Source: Alphaproteobacteria bacterium
Lineage (GTDB): Bacteria; Pseudomonadota; Alphaproteobacteria; Rs-D84
NCBI GenBank assembly: GCA_031549365.1
Contig: JAVBPX010000012.1
Location: 1-20,782 of the forward strand
Direction of reading: 5' to 3'
DNA length: 20,782 bases
A program made the position numbers and the translations under genes. Positions 1 to 8,743 of this stretch are shown here, in pieces; position 1 is the first letter of the stretch, and the number at the start of each line of letters is the position of its first letter. The notes beneath the pieces were generated by a model. That model was given only the letters and a program-made list of their open reading frames with translations. It had not been told where the DNA came from and made no database searches.

Positions 1-139
1 GCAATCTTTATCTCGGCGAAACAACGTGCAGACGGATCATTGCAATTAAAAACCATCTCGCCCCTCCGGGGAGAGATAATAAAACATATGATCTTCGATC
101 ATCATGTTTTATAGAGAGGGGGAAAATAAACCATTGCAA
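1..139 (+). repeat. REP-like composite repeat cluster (truncated at window start)
   Basis: 1-50 matches 20436-20485. The CCATCTCGCCCCTCCGGGGAGAG..[taaaacatatgatc-ttc-gatcatcatgtttta]..GAGAGGGGG module matches 9195-9263 and, with small changes, 8930-8999 and 20540-20609. Confidence 0.9.
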
Positions 140-164
140 CAAAACCAACCTTCACCAAACAAAA

Positions 165-277
165 AAACAACCCCGGAATAACTTAAATTACAAACGGCAG
201 TACAGTAATTTATAGTATTTCCCGGTCGTTACCGACGGGCAACCGACACAAACACTAATAACAAATTCAGCCTAGTC
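165..277 (+). repeat. Structured motif B, copy 1
   Basis: Aligns with the reverse complement of 15272-15384 (accccggaat..ttaa..ggca..aatttat..ttcccggtNgttaccgacgggcaa). Perfect internal stem taaattac 184-191 / gtaattta 205-212. Confidence 0.8.
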
Positions 278-307
278 TAAACAAAATGCTCTTCCCAACT
301 TTTAAGC

Positions 308-335
308 TTGACAAACAAATTATTCTGTTCATACT
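308..335 (+). promoter_or_regulatory. Putative sigma70 promoter for ORF 357
   Basis: TTGACA (308-313), 16 nt spacer, CATACT (330-335); GAGG upstream of ATG 357. Confidence 0.55.
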
Positions 336-356
336 TATCCCCAGAGGCCAAAACAC

Positions 357-1136
357 ATGAACCCCCTACACGAAATCTTGAACGCAAACCCAATCGACCA
401 TTTGGAATTTTGGAACCACCCAACAATCCTGTCGAATAATAATTGCTATTCATACGCAATCAATGCACCATTTGGCTTCCACGCGTCGGCACCTGTACCA
501 GGCCTATACCGCAATGATAAAATAATATCTTATTTTCAATCATACGATAAATTTCAATTGAACCTTAAATCCGCATTAATCTCTGATGGATGTGAATTTA
601 TAAATTCTAACAATGAAATCCCGGCCACACCAAATGATCATTATCTAATTGGCTGCTTTACGCGACAAATTGCTGGTGACCAGGGATATGATTTTCACTT
701 TATGCGCAATCATAAATCCTCGCAATGGTCGCATAAAAACGGGATCAACGGTCAAACATCTTTCATTGATAAGCCCATTGAATATGCAGACAATCTTATG
801 AAAATCTACGATCCGCGCGGCGATAAAATAGCCCCGGTATTCTTGGGCTGGTTCTCAGTACCGCTAAACGGCCTAGGCATCAGCACAAATGAAATATTTT
901 TCGAAATCAACGATAAAAATCCGAGAGCGCTGCAATACTCATTCTCAGAAAAAATTATCCGCAATAAATTGGAAAACCAAAAACGATACTTGGATCTACA
1001 AAACAATCCAAATACCGCTGATATCGGAAAAATTTTATCAGCCAACGAAAAAATTGCACTATCTGAAATAAAATTGTCAGAACCAAAACATGTAATAATT
1101 TCACTTCGCAAAGCCTATGAAAACATAACACGCTAA
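357..1136 (+). CDS. Hypothetical protein, putative papain-like Cys/His enzyme
   Basis: 259 aa ORF with promoter and downstream hairpin. Motifs NNNCYSYA, YDFHFMR and WSHKNG suggest a Cys-His catalytic fold. Confidence 0.75.
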   Translation: MNPLHEILNANPIDHLEFWNHPTILSNNNCYSYAINAPFGFHASAPVPGLYRNDKIISYFQSYDKFQLNLKSALISDGCEFINSNNEIPATPNDHYLIGCFTRQIAGDQGYDFHFMRNHKSSQWSHKNGINGQTSFIDKPIEYADNLMKIYDPRGDKIAPVFLGWFSVPLNGLGISTNEIFFEINDKNPRALQYSFSEKIIRNKLENQKRYLDLQNNPNTADIGKILSANEKIALSEIKLSEPKHVIISLRKAYENITR

Positions 1137-1144
1137 CCTATAAT

Positions 1145-1210
1145 AAAAAATCCCGCAAACCGGGTCCGAACAAAATAAAATTTTGTTGGGTGGTATTCGC
1201 GGGATTTTTT
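1145..1210. terminator. Bidirectional terminator-like long hairpin between convergent genes
   Basis: aaaaaatcccgc...gcgggatttttt outer stem with inner aacaaaa/ttttgtt stem; A and T tracts on both sides. Confidence 0.7.
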
Positions 1211-1225
1211 ATACGAAATAACCTA

Positions 1226-1432
1226 TTATTTCTTTAACCATTCTGCACATTCTTTTTCAGAACGTCTTTCATTGGTGTAATTGCTTTCGCTGTAACCCGA
1301 AATTGAATTACCTTCTTTGTTCAATGTATATTCACATTTTTTGTTACCTTCTGTCATTGTACGTGTTGTGCTATAACCATAGCATCCACATAACAAAACA
1401 GACAGCACAGATAAAAATAATACTTTTTTCAT
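1226..1432 (-). CDS. Small putative lipoprotein (68 aa)
   Basis: ATG at 1432 with GGGAG 6 nt upstream. MKKVLFLSVLSVLLCGC gives a basic N-terminus, hydrophobic stretch and lipobox-like LCGC. Confidence 0.75.
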   Translation of the reverse strand: MKKVLFLSVLSVLLCGCYGYSTTRTMTEGNKKCEYTLNKEGNSISGYSESNYTNERRSEKECAEWLKK

Positions 1433-1602
1433 AACCAACTCCCTGGGTTTTTAAATTGATTAATCGCACCCAATGTGCAATTACCCAAAATCATAAACAA
1501 ATACAACTTTGTCCGCAAGCAAATAAACACAACTCAACACTTTATTGTCATTCCTCTGTCCTATCCGCCAAATCCCCCCAAAAAAAACAGAAGAGGACAA
1601 AT

Positions 1603-1732
1603 CTCGAACATGGGTGTTTTTTGACTATTTATTACCGAACCAGTCCGAGCAAGCCCAAAGCTAGCACCACCATGAAAAAAAGTCGCCCAAATGGACGACT
1701 TGTAAAACTTGGCTCGGGTGGCTGGACTCGAA
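1603..1732 (-). repeat. Diverged duplicate of the tRNA-Asn 3' end plus ~105 bp of its downstream flank (att-like)
   Basis: 1710-1732 is identical to tRNA 2573-2595 (23 nt). 1667-1709 is near-identical to 2531-2572. Weaker alignment continues over 1603-1666 vs 2467-2530. Confidence 0.9.
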
Positions 1733-1808
1733 ACCGACCCCAGGCAATCTTGGTGACGAGCGTTATTAGCGAGGAACCCCAGATTTTCTCGGTCGTTACC
1801 GAGGGTCG
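1730..1808 (+). repeat. Structured motif B, copy 2
   Basis: Starts GAAACCGACCCC as in copy 3. cgaccc 1735-1740 pairs with gggtcg 1803-1808; tcggt-cgtt-accga hairpin 1789-1802; aatct/agatt inner stem. Confidence 0.65.
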
Positions 1809-1830
1809 CCAATACTCTATCCTCAATCAT

Positions 1831-1868
1831 CAATTAAAAAGACCGCCTTGCGGCGGTATTTTTAATTG
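1831..1868 (-). terminator. Intrinsic terminator directly after a 9-nt copy of the tRNA 3' end
   Basis: Minus strand reads accgcc-GCAA-ggcggt-cttttt; flanked by caattaaaaa/tttttaattg. Confidence 0.75.
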
Positions 1869-1869
1869 A

Positions 1870-1878
1870 TGGCTCGGG
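1870..1878 (-). repeat. 9-bp copy of the tRNA-Asn 3' terminus (CCCGAGCCA), candidate att core
   Basis: tggctcggg is identical to 2573-2581, followed by TCGAACC at 1893-1899 as in the tRNA T-arm. Confidence 0.55.
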
Positions 1879-1952
1879 ATAACATACAATTATCGAACCA
1901 GTGATGCTGCCAGTTTTGATGAATTGGCCGCACAAATTAAACAATTCAAAAA

Positions 1953-2240
1953 TTAACGACTATAGCTACCAGTTTCTCTGAATGTTTCTGAACGTATGTC
2001 GTTAGCTAATTTTATGTCTTTATTAAAATCAACAGCTGCAGTTAAGAAGCCCTTAAATGTTTTCTTTTCATTCAGACGATTTTTTGCTTCAACCCAGTTT
2101 TTGTTGCTTGTGTTTGTGTCTTTGACTCTTAATTCAAGATCGTATACACCGTTTGCCCAAGTTACCAGGTTGGCAAAAAGCGCTAGCGATGCAACGGTAC
2201 TACATAAAACAACACGTTTAATATTTTTATTAATTTTCAT
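1953..2240 (-). CDS. Small hypothetical exported or membrane-anchored protein (95 aa)
   Basis: ATG at 2240 after purine-rich AAAGAGAGAG. Basic N-terminus plus hydrophobic segment (VVLCSTVASLALFANLVTWA); own promoter. Confidence 0.65.
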   Translation of the reverse strand: MKINKNIKRVVLCSTVASLALFANLVTWANGVYDLELRVKDTNTSNKNWVEAKNRLNEKKTFKGFLTAAVDFNKDIKLANDIRSETFRETGSYSR

Positions 2241-2273
2241 AGTCTCTCTCTTTAATGTTAGTATTGTGATGTT

Positions 2274-2301
2274 AATATAATACAATTATTGCATTTGTCA
2301 A
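2274..2301 (-). promoter_or_regulatory. Putative sigma70 promoter with palindromic spacer
   Basis: TTGACA (2301-2296), 16 nt, TATATT (2279-2274). Spacer aatgcaat-a-attgtatt is a near-perfect inverted repeat. Confidence 0.55.
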
Positions 2302-2342
2302 GTATATTTGCAAAAAAACAAACATGTTGGATTCGAACCACA

Positions 2343-2457
2343 CCTTCGCCAAGGCTTTGGGTGGCAAGCCAGGGCGAAAATTTGCTATGGGGCATGGAAA
2401 TCCAATCCTTTTCGCATTCTGGGTTCGACTTGTCCGCCGAAGCAAGCAGTGCGAAGT
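2343..2457. repeat. Degenerate inverted pair of short REP-like units
   Basis: ccttcgccaaggctttgggtggcaag (2343-2368) is approximately the inverse complement of cttgtccgccgaagc..gcgaag (2429-2456). Confidence 0.45.
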
Positions 2458-2538
2458 ATGATAAAGCTCGGACTTTGGTGTTTTGGGACTGTTTATTATC
2501 GAACACGTTCGAACCAGGCGAAAGTCAGCGCCACCATG

Positions 2539-2564
2539 AAAAAAGTCGCCCAGATGGACGACTT
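2539..2564 (-). terminator. Intrinsic terminator downstream of tRNA-Asn
   Basis: Minus strand aagtcgtcc-atct-gggcgactt followed by T-run; a second copy lies at ~1675-1701. Confidence 0.65.
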
Positions 2565-2572
2565 GTAAAACT

Positions 2573-2648
2573 TGGCTCGGGTGGCTGGACTCGAACCAGC
2601 GACATACGGATTAACAGTCCGGTGTTCTACCAACTGAACTACACCCGA
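2573..2648 (-). tRNA. tRNA-Asn (GTT)
   Basis: 76 nt TCGGGTGTAGTTCAGTTGGTAGAACACCGGACTGTTAATCCGTATGTCGCTGGTTCGAGTCCAGCCACCCGAGCCA; full cloverleaf, anticodon GTT at 2615-2613, encoded CCA. Confidence 0.97.
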
Positions 2649-2688
2649 TCAATAGACTTGGCTATATTAACCATGAACAACCCAAATT

Positions 2689-3528
2689 TCAAGCACTTTT
2701 TTTCACAGAATCGAATTTTTTTGAAATTATCTCCTGCAAACGATCCGCCAACTCTTTTCTATTATGAATTTTGGACAAATCCACGACATCCAAAAAATGA
2801 TATTCTGTCAAAAACCCACCTCGCTTCATAACGAACAAAATATGCTCGAACAAACCGCGGTCTTTGTCATTTTTCGGACCAAACTCAACTTTCGCATTAT
2901 CAAACCAAGCATAATCCTTGATTTCATCTTCACTCATTGCACGCCCATCTTTATGACGATAAATAACCACCATCGGCTGAACCGATACAGGTTTTGCCCC
3001 AGGGGTCATATTCCCTTCCAGTTGCGGCTCTAAAAAATTAAACAGCGCAGACTTAAACTCTTTGACATATGTTCCGTTTGTCGTTGTACCCTCTGGATAT
3101 AAACCCATTGGAACCGTTGTTTTTGACATTGTATTCTGAACATTTGCCAACGCTTTTTGAACATGCGACGGCCGACGATCAACAAAAACAATTCCCATGA
3201 TACCAATCGCCCACCCTAAAAAAGGCCATGATTTAATTTCGGCCTTACCAAAAAATGAAATCGGGCGGTATCCACCCAACGCCAACATATCCAAATATGA
3301 AATATGATTCGACACCAACATCAGCGGGCGTTTTTTTGAAACCTTGCCATAAACCTTGGTACGCACGCCGAACAACCAACACGACACTCGCAAAAAAACA
3401 AACAATTGAATTTTTGCGAACCATTTTGACCAACATGAAATTAACAACAATGGAAATTGAAACATCATCCATAAAACCAAACCGACGAATCGGAAATATC
3501 CCAAAATCTTGTTAATAAATTTCATCAT
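2689..3528 (-). CDS. olsA: Lyso-ornithine lipid O-acyltransferase / PlsC-family acyltransferase
   Basis: NHISYLD (HxxxxD), VFVDR and YPEGT motifs; start overlaps the olsB stop (TAATG). Confidence 0.8.
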   Translation of the reverse strand: MMKFINKILGYFRFVGLVLWMMFQFPLLLISCWSKWFAKIQLFVFLRVSCWLFGVRTKVYGKVSKKRPLMLVSNHISYLDMLALGGYRPISFFGKAEIKSWPFLGWAIGIMGIVFVDRRPSHVQKALANVQNTMSKTTVPMGLYPEGTTTNGTYVKEFKSALFNFLEPQLEGNMTPGAKPVSVQPMVVIYRHKDGRAMSEDEIKDYAWFDNAKVEFGPKNDKDRGLFEHILFVMKRGGFLTEYHFLDVVDLSKIHNRKELADRLQEIISKKFDSVKKSA

Positions 3529-4439
3529 TATTCTTTGTCCTTTGGCTCATCTTCATCGACATCTTCGACGATCGCATTGGCCAAAACTTTCAACCCGGTC
3601 AATGGCAATTTTAAAACAGAATAAATATATTTCATCACTCCATCATCTTTGTTCAAATGATCAAAAGCATTGGCGGAACCGGTAATATGTTTTTGATAAT
3701 TTTTATTAACTTTATTTGTTTCAATCAAAACAAAAACATCAACCGCATTGAATGGATAATCGACAAAAACACCCTTTCCAAATTCTGCCCCTAAACGTAA
3801 ATACCCCTTCATAATCGGAGTCAATTCTTCCAAAGCTTTTTTTTCATCAACATATTCTTTTGGTAAAATATTCATACGTGAAAATGGACCAGGCAACACA
3901 GGCACGCGGAATTTCAAAGGCGCCAAATGATTATAATACAAATATGAAATCGCATGTGCAAATTCCACGGGTTTTTGCCCAACAAACGAAGCCACACCAA
4001 ACAATAAATCAATTTTCTTTTTCAAAATATAATCTGCCAATCCCATCCATAACATTTTCATGGCCAACCCATTACGATATTCAATATCAACACATGCGCG
4101 TGACATTTCGGCAATATTTCCACGATGTCGTTTTAATTTTTTTAAATCATATTCAGTTTCGGTGTAAAATCCGCTCATTTTCTCGGCATGCTCGCGCAAA
4201 ATAATTCTGTACGTTGCGACAACACGTGGGGTCTTAAAGCGCGGATTATTATGAATAACAATCATATAATCACAATGAGCATCATATGAATCAAATTCTT
4301 CTTTTAATTTTTTTTCTTCCTCACTTGGAACTTTACCATCTTCTTCGACAAACACCTTCCATCTTAATTGTCGAACTTTTGTTTTTTCTTCTTTTGTACG
4401 CGCAATTCTAACTTCAAACTCGCGCAATTTTATAGCCAT
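3528..4439 (-). CDS. olsB: Ornithine N-acyltransferase (GNAT family)
   Basis: DSYDAHCDY, VATYRI, GFYTETEYDL, EMSRACVDIEYR and KGYLRLGA motifs; AGGAG RBS; paired with a PlsC-type gene. Confidence 0.88.
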   Translation of the reverse strand: MAIKLREFEVRIARTKEEKTKVRQLRWKVFVEEDGKVPSEEEKKLKEEFDSYDAHCDYMIVIHNNPRFKTPRVVATYRIILREHAEKMSGFYTETEYDLKKLKRHRGNIAEMSRACVDIEYRNGLAMKMLWMGLADYILKKKIDLLFGVASFVGQKPVEFAHAISYLYYNHLAPLKFRVPVLPGPFSRMNILPKEYVDEKKALEELTPIMKGYLRLGAEFGKGVFVDYPFNAVDVFVLIETNKVNKNYQKHITGSANAFDHLNKDDGVMKYIYSVLKLPLTGLKVLANAIVEDVDEDEPKDKE

Positions 4440-4541
4440 GATATTTTACTCCTGATTGTTATCCTATCCCTGTAATGATACAAAATTTAATAAAAAACAC
4501 AAGCCCAAAAACCACCTATCATATTATCGCCAACAACAAAC

Positions 4542-4666
4542 AAAACGTTTCAAAATCAGATGATTGGAAAGAATTTTTAAATTTTTTGGCCCGCAGTGTA
4601 TACAGACATACATAAGGGTCGAAAAATTTAAAAACTTGTTTTCAAGGGCTGATTTTCAAACGTTTT
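4542..4666. repeat. Palindromic element E1 (RPE-like), overlapping the surA stop codon
   Basis: 17/18 terminal inverted repeat aaaacgtttCaaaatcag / ctgattttCaaacgtttt; long inner stem; apical tgtat-N6-ataca. Confidence 0.85.
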
Positions 4667-5535
4667 TAATCCAATGCTTTGCGGTATTGTTCATCCTGTA
4701 TCGTAATAACAGCCTTTCTGCGTAACGATTTCAATTGCTGATCACCAATAAACATAGCATTTCTATACATCAATTGATTTTGAATATAATCCCGTAATTT
4801 TGGATATTCTTTCTGATTTTTTTTCTCACAAATATAAATGGATGATTTTGATTTAATCTTTGACATTTCTCCTGCTTTTAATGGGAAAATTTGACGACGA
4901 ATATTTTCATCCAAATCATATTCTGGCGCTGTAATTTCTTGGGCTGAAATTCCATTTTCACGGGCGGACGATTTCATCGTTTTACAACTGGCCTTATCCA
5001 ACTTGGAAACATTTTCATCTGTAACACCGGACAATCTTAAAAACGTAGTATCTATCGGCAATCCGTGCTTGTCTGATAATTTTGCCAATTCTTCATCAAT
5101 TTCTGAATCATTAACAACAATAGTTGGCATAACGGTTTTCATCAAAACATTCTGCCAAGACATCGAAGCGCGCAAAGCAAACATCAATTGATCTTTTTCT
5201 GCCGCCGTTTTTATATTCGCATCAAAAAAGCCTGCTGGCTTTTGCATCTGTTTTTCTGTATTTTTAATCTCGGCCTTAACATCTTTCTCGGACGGGACCA
5301 AACTAAAACTTTTTGCATGCTCAATTTTCAAAGTATCATTAACAATATTGTTTAACGCTCTAAAACGAATATCGGTCGCAGACTGCCCCTGTAACGACAT
5401 TAATTTAACCCGCGCGGTAATATCCAAATCGGTAATTGGATTCCCATTTGCAACAGCAACAATATGGGCTGCAAATGCAGAACATGGCAACATCATCAAA
5501 CTAAAAAGAATCAGCGGGCGAATAAGTTTTATCAT
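4666..5535 (-). CDS. surA: SurA-family periplasmic chaperone
   Basis: Signal peptide, IVAVANGNPITDLDITARVKL N-domain, C-terminal LKSLRRKAVI; directly after lptD. PPIase region looks degenerate. Confidence 0.8.
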   Translation of the reverse strand: MIKLIRPLILFSLMMLPCSAFAAHIVAVANGNPITDLDITARVKLMSLQGQSATDIRFRALNNIVNDTLKIEHAKSFSLVPSEKDVKAEIKNTEKQMQKPAGFFDANIKTAAEKDQLMFALRASMSWQNVLMKTVMPTIVVNDSEIDEELAKLSDKHGLPIDTTFLRLSGVTDENVSKLDKASCKTMKSSARENGISAQEITAPEYDLDENIRRQIFPLKAGEMSKIKSKSSIYICEKKNQKEYPKLRDYIQNQLMYRNAMFIGDQQLKSLRRKAVITIQDEQYRKALD

Positions 5536-7582
5536 TTATATCTCCATTAATTTTCAACGCAAACCGAAATTGGAATGTCTGATTTCCTTTAAAATCTCCC
5601 TTAACGGCGCGATCGTCCTTGTATAATACACCCAATGTATAACAAGGATGGTCGTATTGTACGCCTGAATACATCGTTTGTAAATAGTTATCCGAAATAT
5701 TATACCGCGCCCCTGCATAAACATTCCAACGTTTGGTAACATTCAAACCAAAACCGCCATCAATTTCCTGGGTACTGGTTTCGGTAATATACGCATCATC
5801 AAACTGTTTTGTTGAAATAAATCCAGCGCGAACATAATTTTTTCCATCACCCAACCTTGCTGTTGTTTCATTGTGCTGAACCGAAAAAGTGCTTTGATTT
5901 AATCTGAATCTATCATAAATTTGCAACCATTTTCCTGCGGACAAAACAACTCGCCCAACATAATCTGATGACCCTAAACGGAATCCAGAATTTTTGTCCA
6001 AATCCACCGGTTCATAAAAATCATATGCCTGACCAACAAAAACCTCTATGCTGTTTTTATTTGCATTATCAAAAGCGGTCCAAGAAACACCATAATCCAT
6101 ATACGATCCATGATCCCATAAATCATATCCTGAAAACCGCTGCTCTGAAAATATCGTTGTGTCATTAAATAAAGACCCCATTGAATCCTGATTAATGAAC
6201 GCAGTTTTTGTATTTCGATCAATAAATACAAACCGCGCAATTGGTTCTATCGTCTGTGTAATTTTTTCACCATACTTTACAAAAGGCCATTTCCACATAA
6301 CATACCCAGACGGCAAAAATCTATTCTTGGTCCCAGAATATGGTTCCAAATCATTTAATAAATCGGTCCCATTAAAATAATACATATCATACCGCGCAGC
6401 CGCAGATAATTCAACACGCTGTCCCAAAAATATAGTAAACGGAAACGTATATCTTGCCGACCCAATCGCACGAATGGACGAAGTATCGGAACCATGATAC
6501 GACAAACCTAAAACATCACCAAAAAACGATAAATAAGATTCCATAAACAATGGATCAGTCTGTGCGCGCGCATACACATTTGGAATTATATCCGCACGTG
6601 GAATTGATGCAACATTCATCGTTTTATCTTTAACGCGCAATTCCTGAAACGTATGCGCAGACATCCAAACATACGACCTCTCGGAATAGCCTTCTAACCT
6701 AGCGCTAGTATCCAAATACGGCTGATAATTATAAAATCCATATTCCTGCAAATATGTTTTATCAGATGTTCTATTTAACCCCAATAACAAACGGGAATAA
6801 GAACCCAATTCAATAACATCTGAATTATAAATATGCCACCTGTTTTCATGATCGCGATTATAAGTATACGAACCTGTTGTATTAAAACTTGAATGATCTG
6901 CATTTAATCTATGCTCGATTTGCAACAACGGATTATCTTTTGTGGCAACAGTTGTTGCAATCGTCATATCGTGATAATTTGAAAAATTCAGATATAACGG
7001 GATATCAATATGCGACCCTAATGCACTGGACGAACCAACGGTTGGAAATAATAATCCAGAACGACGCTTCACCGTCGGATCGGGATAAGTAAACCAAGGC
7101 AACCATAAAACCGGAACCTCATAAACATAAAACCAACCATGCGAAAAATACAAAGTTGATAAATCTTGTTCATGCCGAATACGTTTGGCAGAAATGGACC
7201 AAGCCTCAACATTATCACAATTTTTCTTATCCGCACATGCGGTATAGGTCAAATCATTCAATGTTGTACGATTACTCTCTCTAACAATTTCTTCTGCGGT
7301 AATACGAACTTGGGATGATAAATATATTTCAATATCATTAACACTGCCAACTGTTAAATCCCGATTTAAATTTGCATCCATTAATGTCAACGTCTGCCCA
7401 GTCTGTGTTTTAACAACCGTCTTTCCTTCTGTCCTTGCGGTCCCAGTTGTTGTATCAATAATTATTTTATCGGCTGTAACAGTTGACGGGGTTTTCGCAT
7501 TTGGCATAACAGCAAAAACAGGCTGAACAAAACATCCAACCATAAAAACTACCAAAAATAAATTCCACAACTTTGTACGCAT
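5501..7582 (-). CDS. lptD: LPS assembly protein LptD
   Basis: YTAC..C..WSISA, VPVLWLPWFTYPDPTVKRRSGLLFP, RFSGYD, SSDYVG and Y-x-x-x-C-Y motifs; lpt/surA context. Confidence 0.93.
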   Translation of the reverse strand: MRTKLWNLFLVVFMVGCFVQPVFAVMPNAKTPSTVTADKIIIDTTTGTARTEGKTVVKTQTGQTLTLMDANLNRDLTVGSVNDIEIYLSSQVRITAEEIVRESNRTTLNDLTYTACADKKNCDNVEAWSISAKRIRHEQDLSTLYFSHGWFYVYEVPVLWLPWFTYPDPTVKRRSGLLFPTVGSSSALGSHIDIPLYLNFSNYHDMTIATTVATKDNPLLQIEHRLNADHSSFNTTGSYTYNRDHENRWHIYNSDVIELGSYSRLLLGLNRTSDKTYLQEYGFYNYQPYLDTSARLEGYSERSYVWMSAHTFQELRVKDKTMNVASIPRADIIPNVYARAQTDPLFMESYLSFFGDVLGLSYHGSDTSSIRAIGSARYTFPFTIFLGQRVELSAAARYDMYYFNGTDLLNDLEPYSGTKNRFLPSGYVMWKWPFVKYGEKITQTIEPIARFVFIDRNTKTAFINQDSMGSLFNDTTIFSEQRFSGYDLWDHGSYMDYGVSWTAFDNANKNSIEVFVGQAYDFYEPVDLDKNSGFRLGSSDYVGRVVLSAGKWLQIYDRFRLNQSTFSVQHNETTARLGDGKNYVRAGFISTKQFDDAYITETSTQEIDGGFGLNVTKRWNVYAGARYNISDNYLQTMYSGVQYDHPCYTLGVLYKDDRAVKGDFKGNQTFQFRFALKINGDINDKTYSPADSF

Positions 7583-7583
7583 C

Positions 7584-8657
7584 TTATATATTCTTATCTC
7601 TGTATAATATTCCGATTAATCCAAAGAATAATACTAATTGTAAAAACCCGATTAAATATATTATTCGCATATCTCCATGCGCCATATTCAACATTGTCAT
7701 GTAACCCGCTTGAACCAATCCCATAACGCCAATTGTTATCGGAATCGCAATTGAAAAAGAACGCCGCAACGTGGATGTCTTTAATAAACCAATCAATGCA
7801 ACCAATGCTAAAATCACATCCATAAATGGCCCCAAAAATCTGTTACCAATTTCCGCCACAATATCAACTCGACGCTTTAACACCGGATCATTTCTAAATT
7901 CGTCAGAAATTAATAATTTGGTTGGCAGAGTACGAACCTTAAACTTCTTAACTTCGGCATCGCTACCCAAATTTAAATTCATTTCATACTCAGAAAAAGT
8001 CCCCAACGTTAAATTTTCAGTCTTGCTCTGAATTGCGCCGTTTTTCATCTCAATACTAACGCCATTTACTGTATGAACCAATTGCCCAGATTGCGCAGTA
8101 ATAATCGTCTGATTTTTTTTATCGCGCGCATCTTGAATAAATAAATTATATAAATGGTTTCCATTAACCTTTTCAACAAACACCACCATACCATTGCCCA
8201 ATTCAACAAACGAAGCCTCTTGTATTTTTAAATGCGCCAATCCGAAACGCAATTCCCACTGATAAGTATAAAACCGTTCTTGGGACATCGGAATTAACCA
8301 AATCGTCATCAAATAATGAATTATCATTAACGTGGTCGCCATAATAATCCCAGGCTTTGCAATCTGTACAGGCGATAATCCGGACGCCTGTAAAACTGGT
8401 ATCTCGCGGTCCCCAATCATCCGGTTATATACAAACATAATTGCGATAAAAATCAAAAAAGGCATAATAATTGAAACAATAAAAGGAATCATCATACTAG
8501 ACAATTTAACAAAAGCCCATAAACTGACGCCATATTTTATAATCATGTATAATAACGACAAAATTTGGGTCATCCAAGCCAACCCAGTTAAAATCAACGT
8601 CAACATGATAAAAATCAAGAACAATTGCTTTAAAAAATATCGATTTAAAATATTCAT
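7584..8657 (-). CDS. lptF: LPS export permease LptF/LptG family (LptF-like)
   Basis: MNILNRY start, three N-terminal TM helices, RMIGDREIPVLQASGLSP motif, periplasmic domain, three C-terminal TMs. Start placed at 8657 because the upstream in-frame region is the promoter. Confidence 0.85.
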   Translation of the reverse strand: MNILNRYFLKQLFLIFIMLTLILTGLAWMTQILSLLYMIIKYGVSLWAFVKLSSMMIPFIVSIIMPFLIFIAIMFVYNRMIGDREIPVLQASGLSPVQIAKPGIIMATTLMIIHYLMTIWLIPMSQERFYTYQWELRFGLAHLKIQEASFVELGNGMVVFVEKVNGNHLYNLFIQDARDKKNQTIITAQSGQLVHTVNGVSIEMKNGAIQSKTENLTLGTFSEYEMNLNLGSDAEVKKFKVRTLPTKLLISDEFRNDPVLKRRVDIVAEIGNRFLGPFMDVILALVALIGLLKTSTLRRSFSIAIPITIGVMGLVQAGYMTMLNMAHGDMRIIYLIGFLQLVLFFGLIGILYRDKNI

Positions 8658-8664
8658 GAAAAAC

Positions 8665-8692
8665 ATTATAACATGTGATTTTTCACTGTCCA
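8665..8692 (-). promoter_or_regulatory. Promoter implying a leaderless lptF transcript
   Basis: TGGACA, 16 nt, TATAAT with extended TG; 7 nt from the -10 box to ATG; no SD. Confidence 0.6.
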
Positions 8693-8743
8693 CTGTAATT
8701 TGCCCAAAACCCCACCAACATCCACACTAAAACCCCACCCTTC

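Noticed and set aside
1710-1732. Second functional tRNA gene
   Set aside because: Only 23 nt of the 3' end; no D-arm or anticodon arm.
1730-1808. Hammerhead or HDV-like (theta) ribozyme for motif B
   Set aside because: GAAAC is present but there is no CUGANGA core, and I could not build an HDV-type double pseudoknot by eye.
2329-2340. tRNA suggested by GGTTCGAATCC on the minus strand
   Set aside because: Isolated T-loop-like motif without a cloverleaf.
1456-2831. ORFs 1456-1869 and 2289-2831 sharing KSRPxGRLVKLGSGGWTR
   Set aside because: The shared peptide is the antisense of the tRNA 3' end and its terminator; weak starts; not called as intact genes.
4542-4666. Integron attC sites for the long palindromes
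   Set aside because: No RYYYAAC/GTTRRRY ends, the adjacent genes are core envelope genes, and no integron integrase is present.
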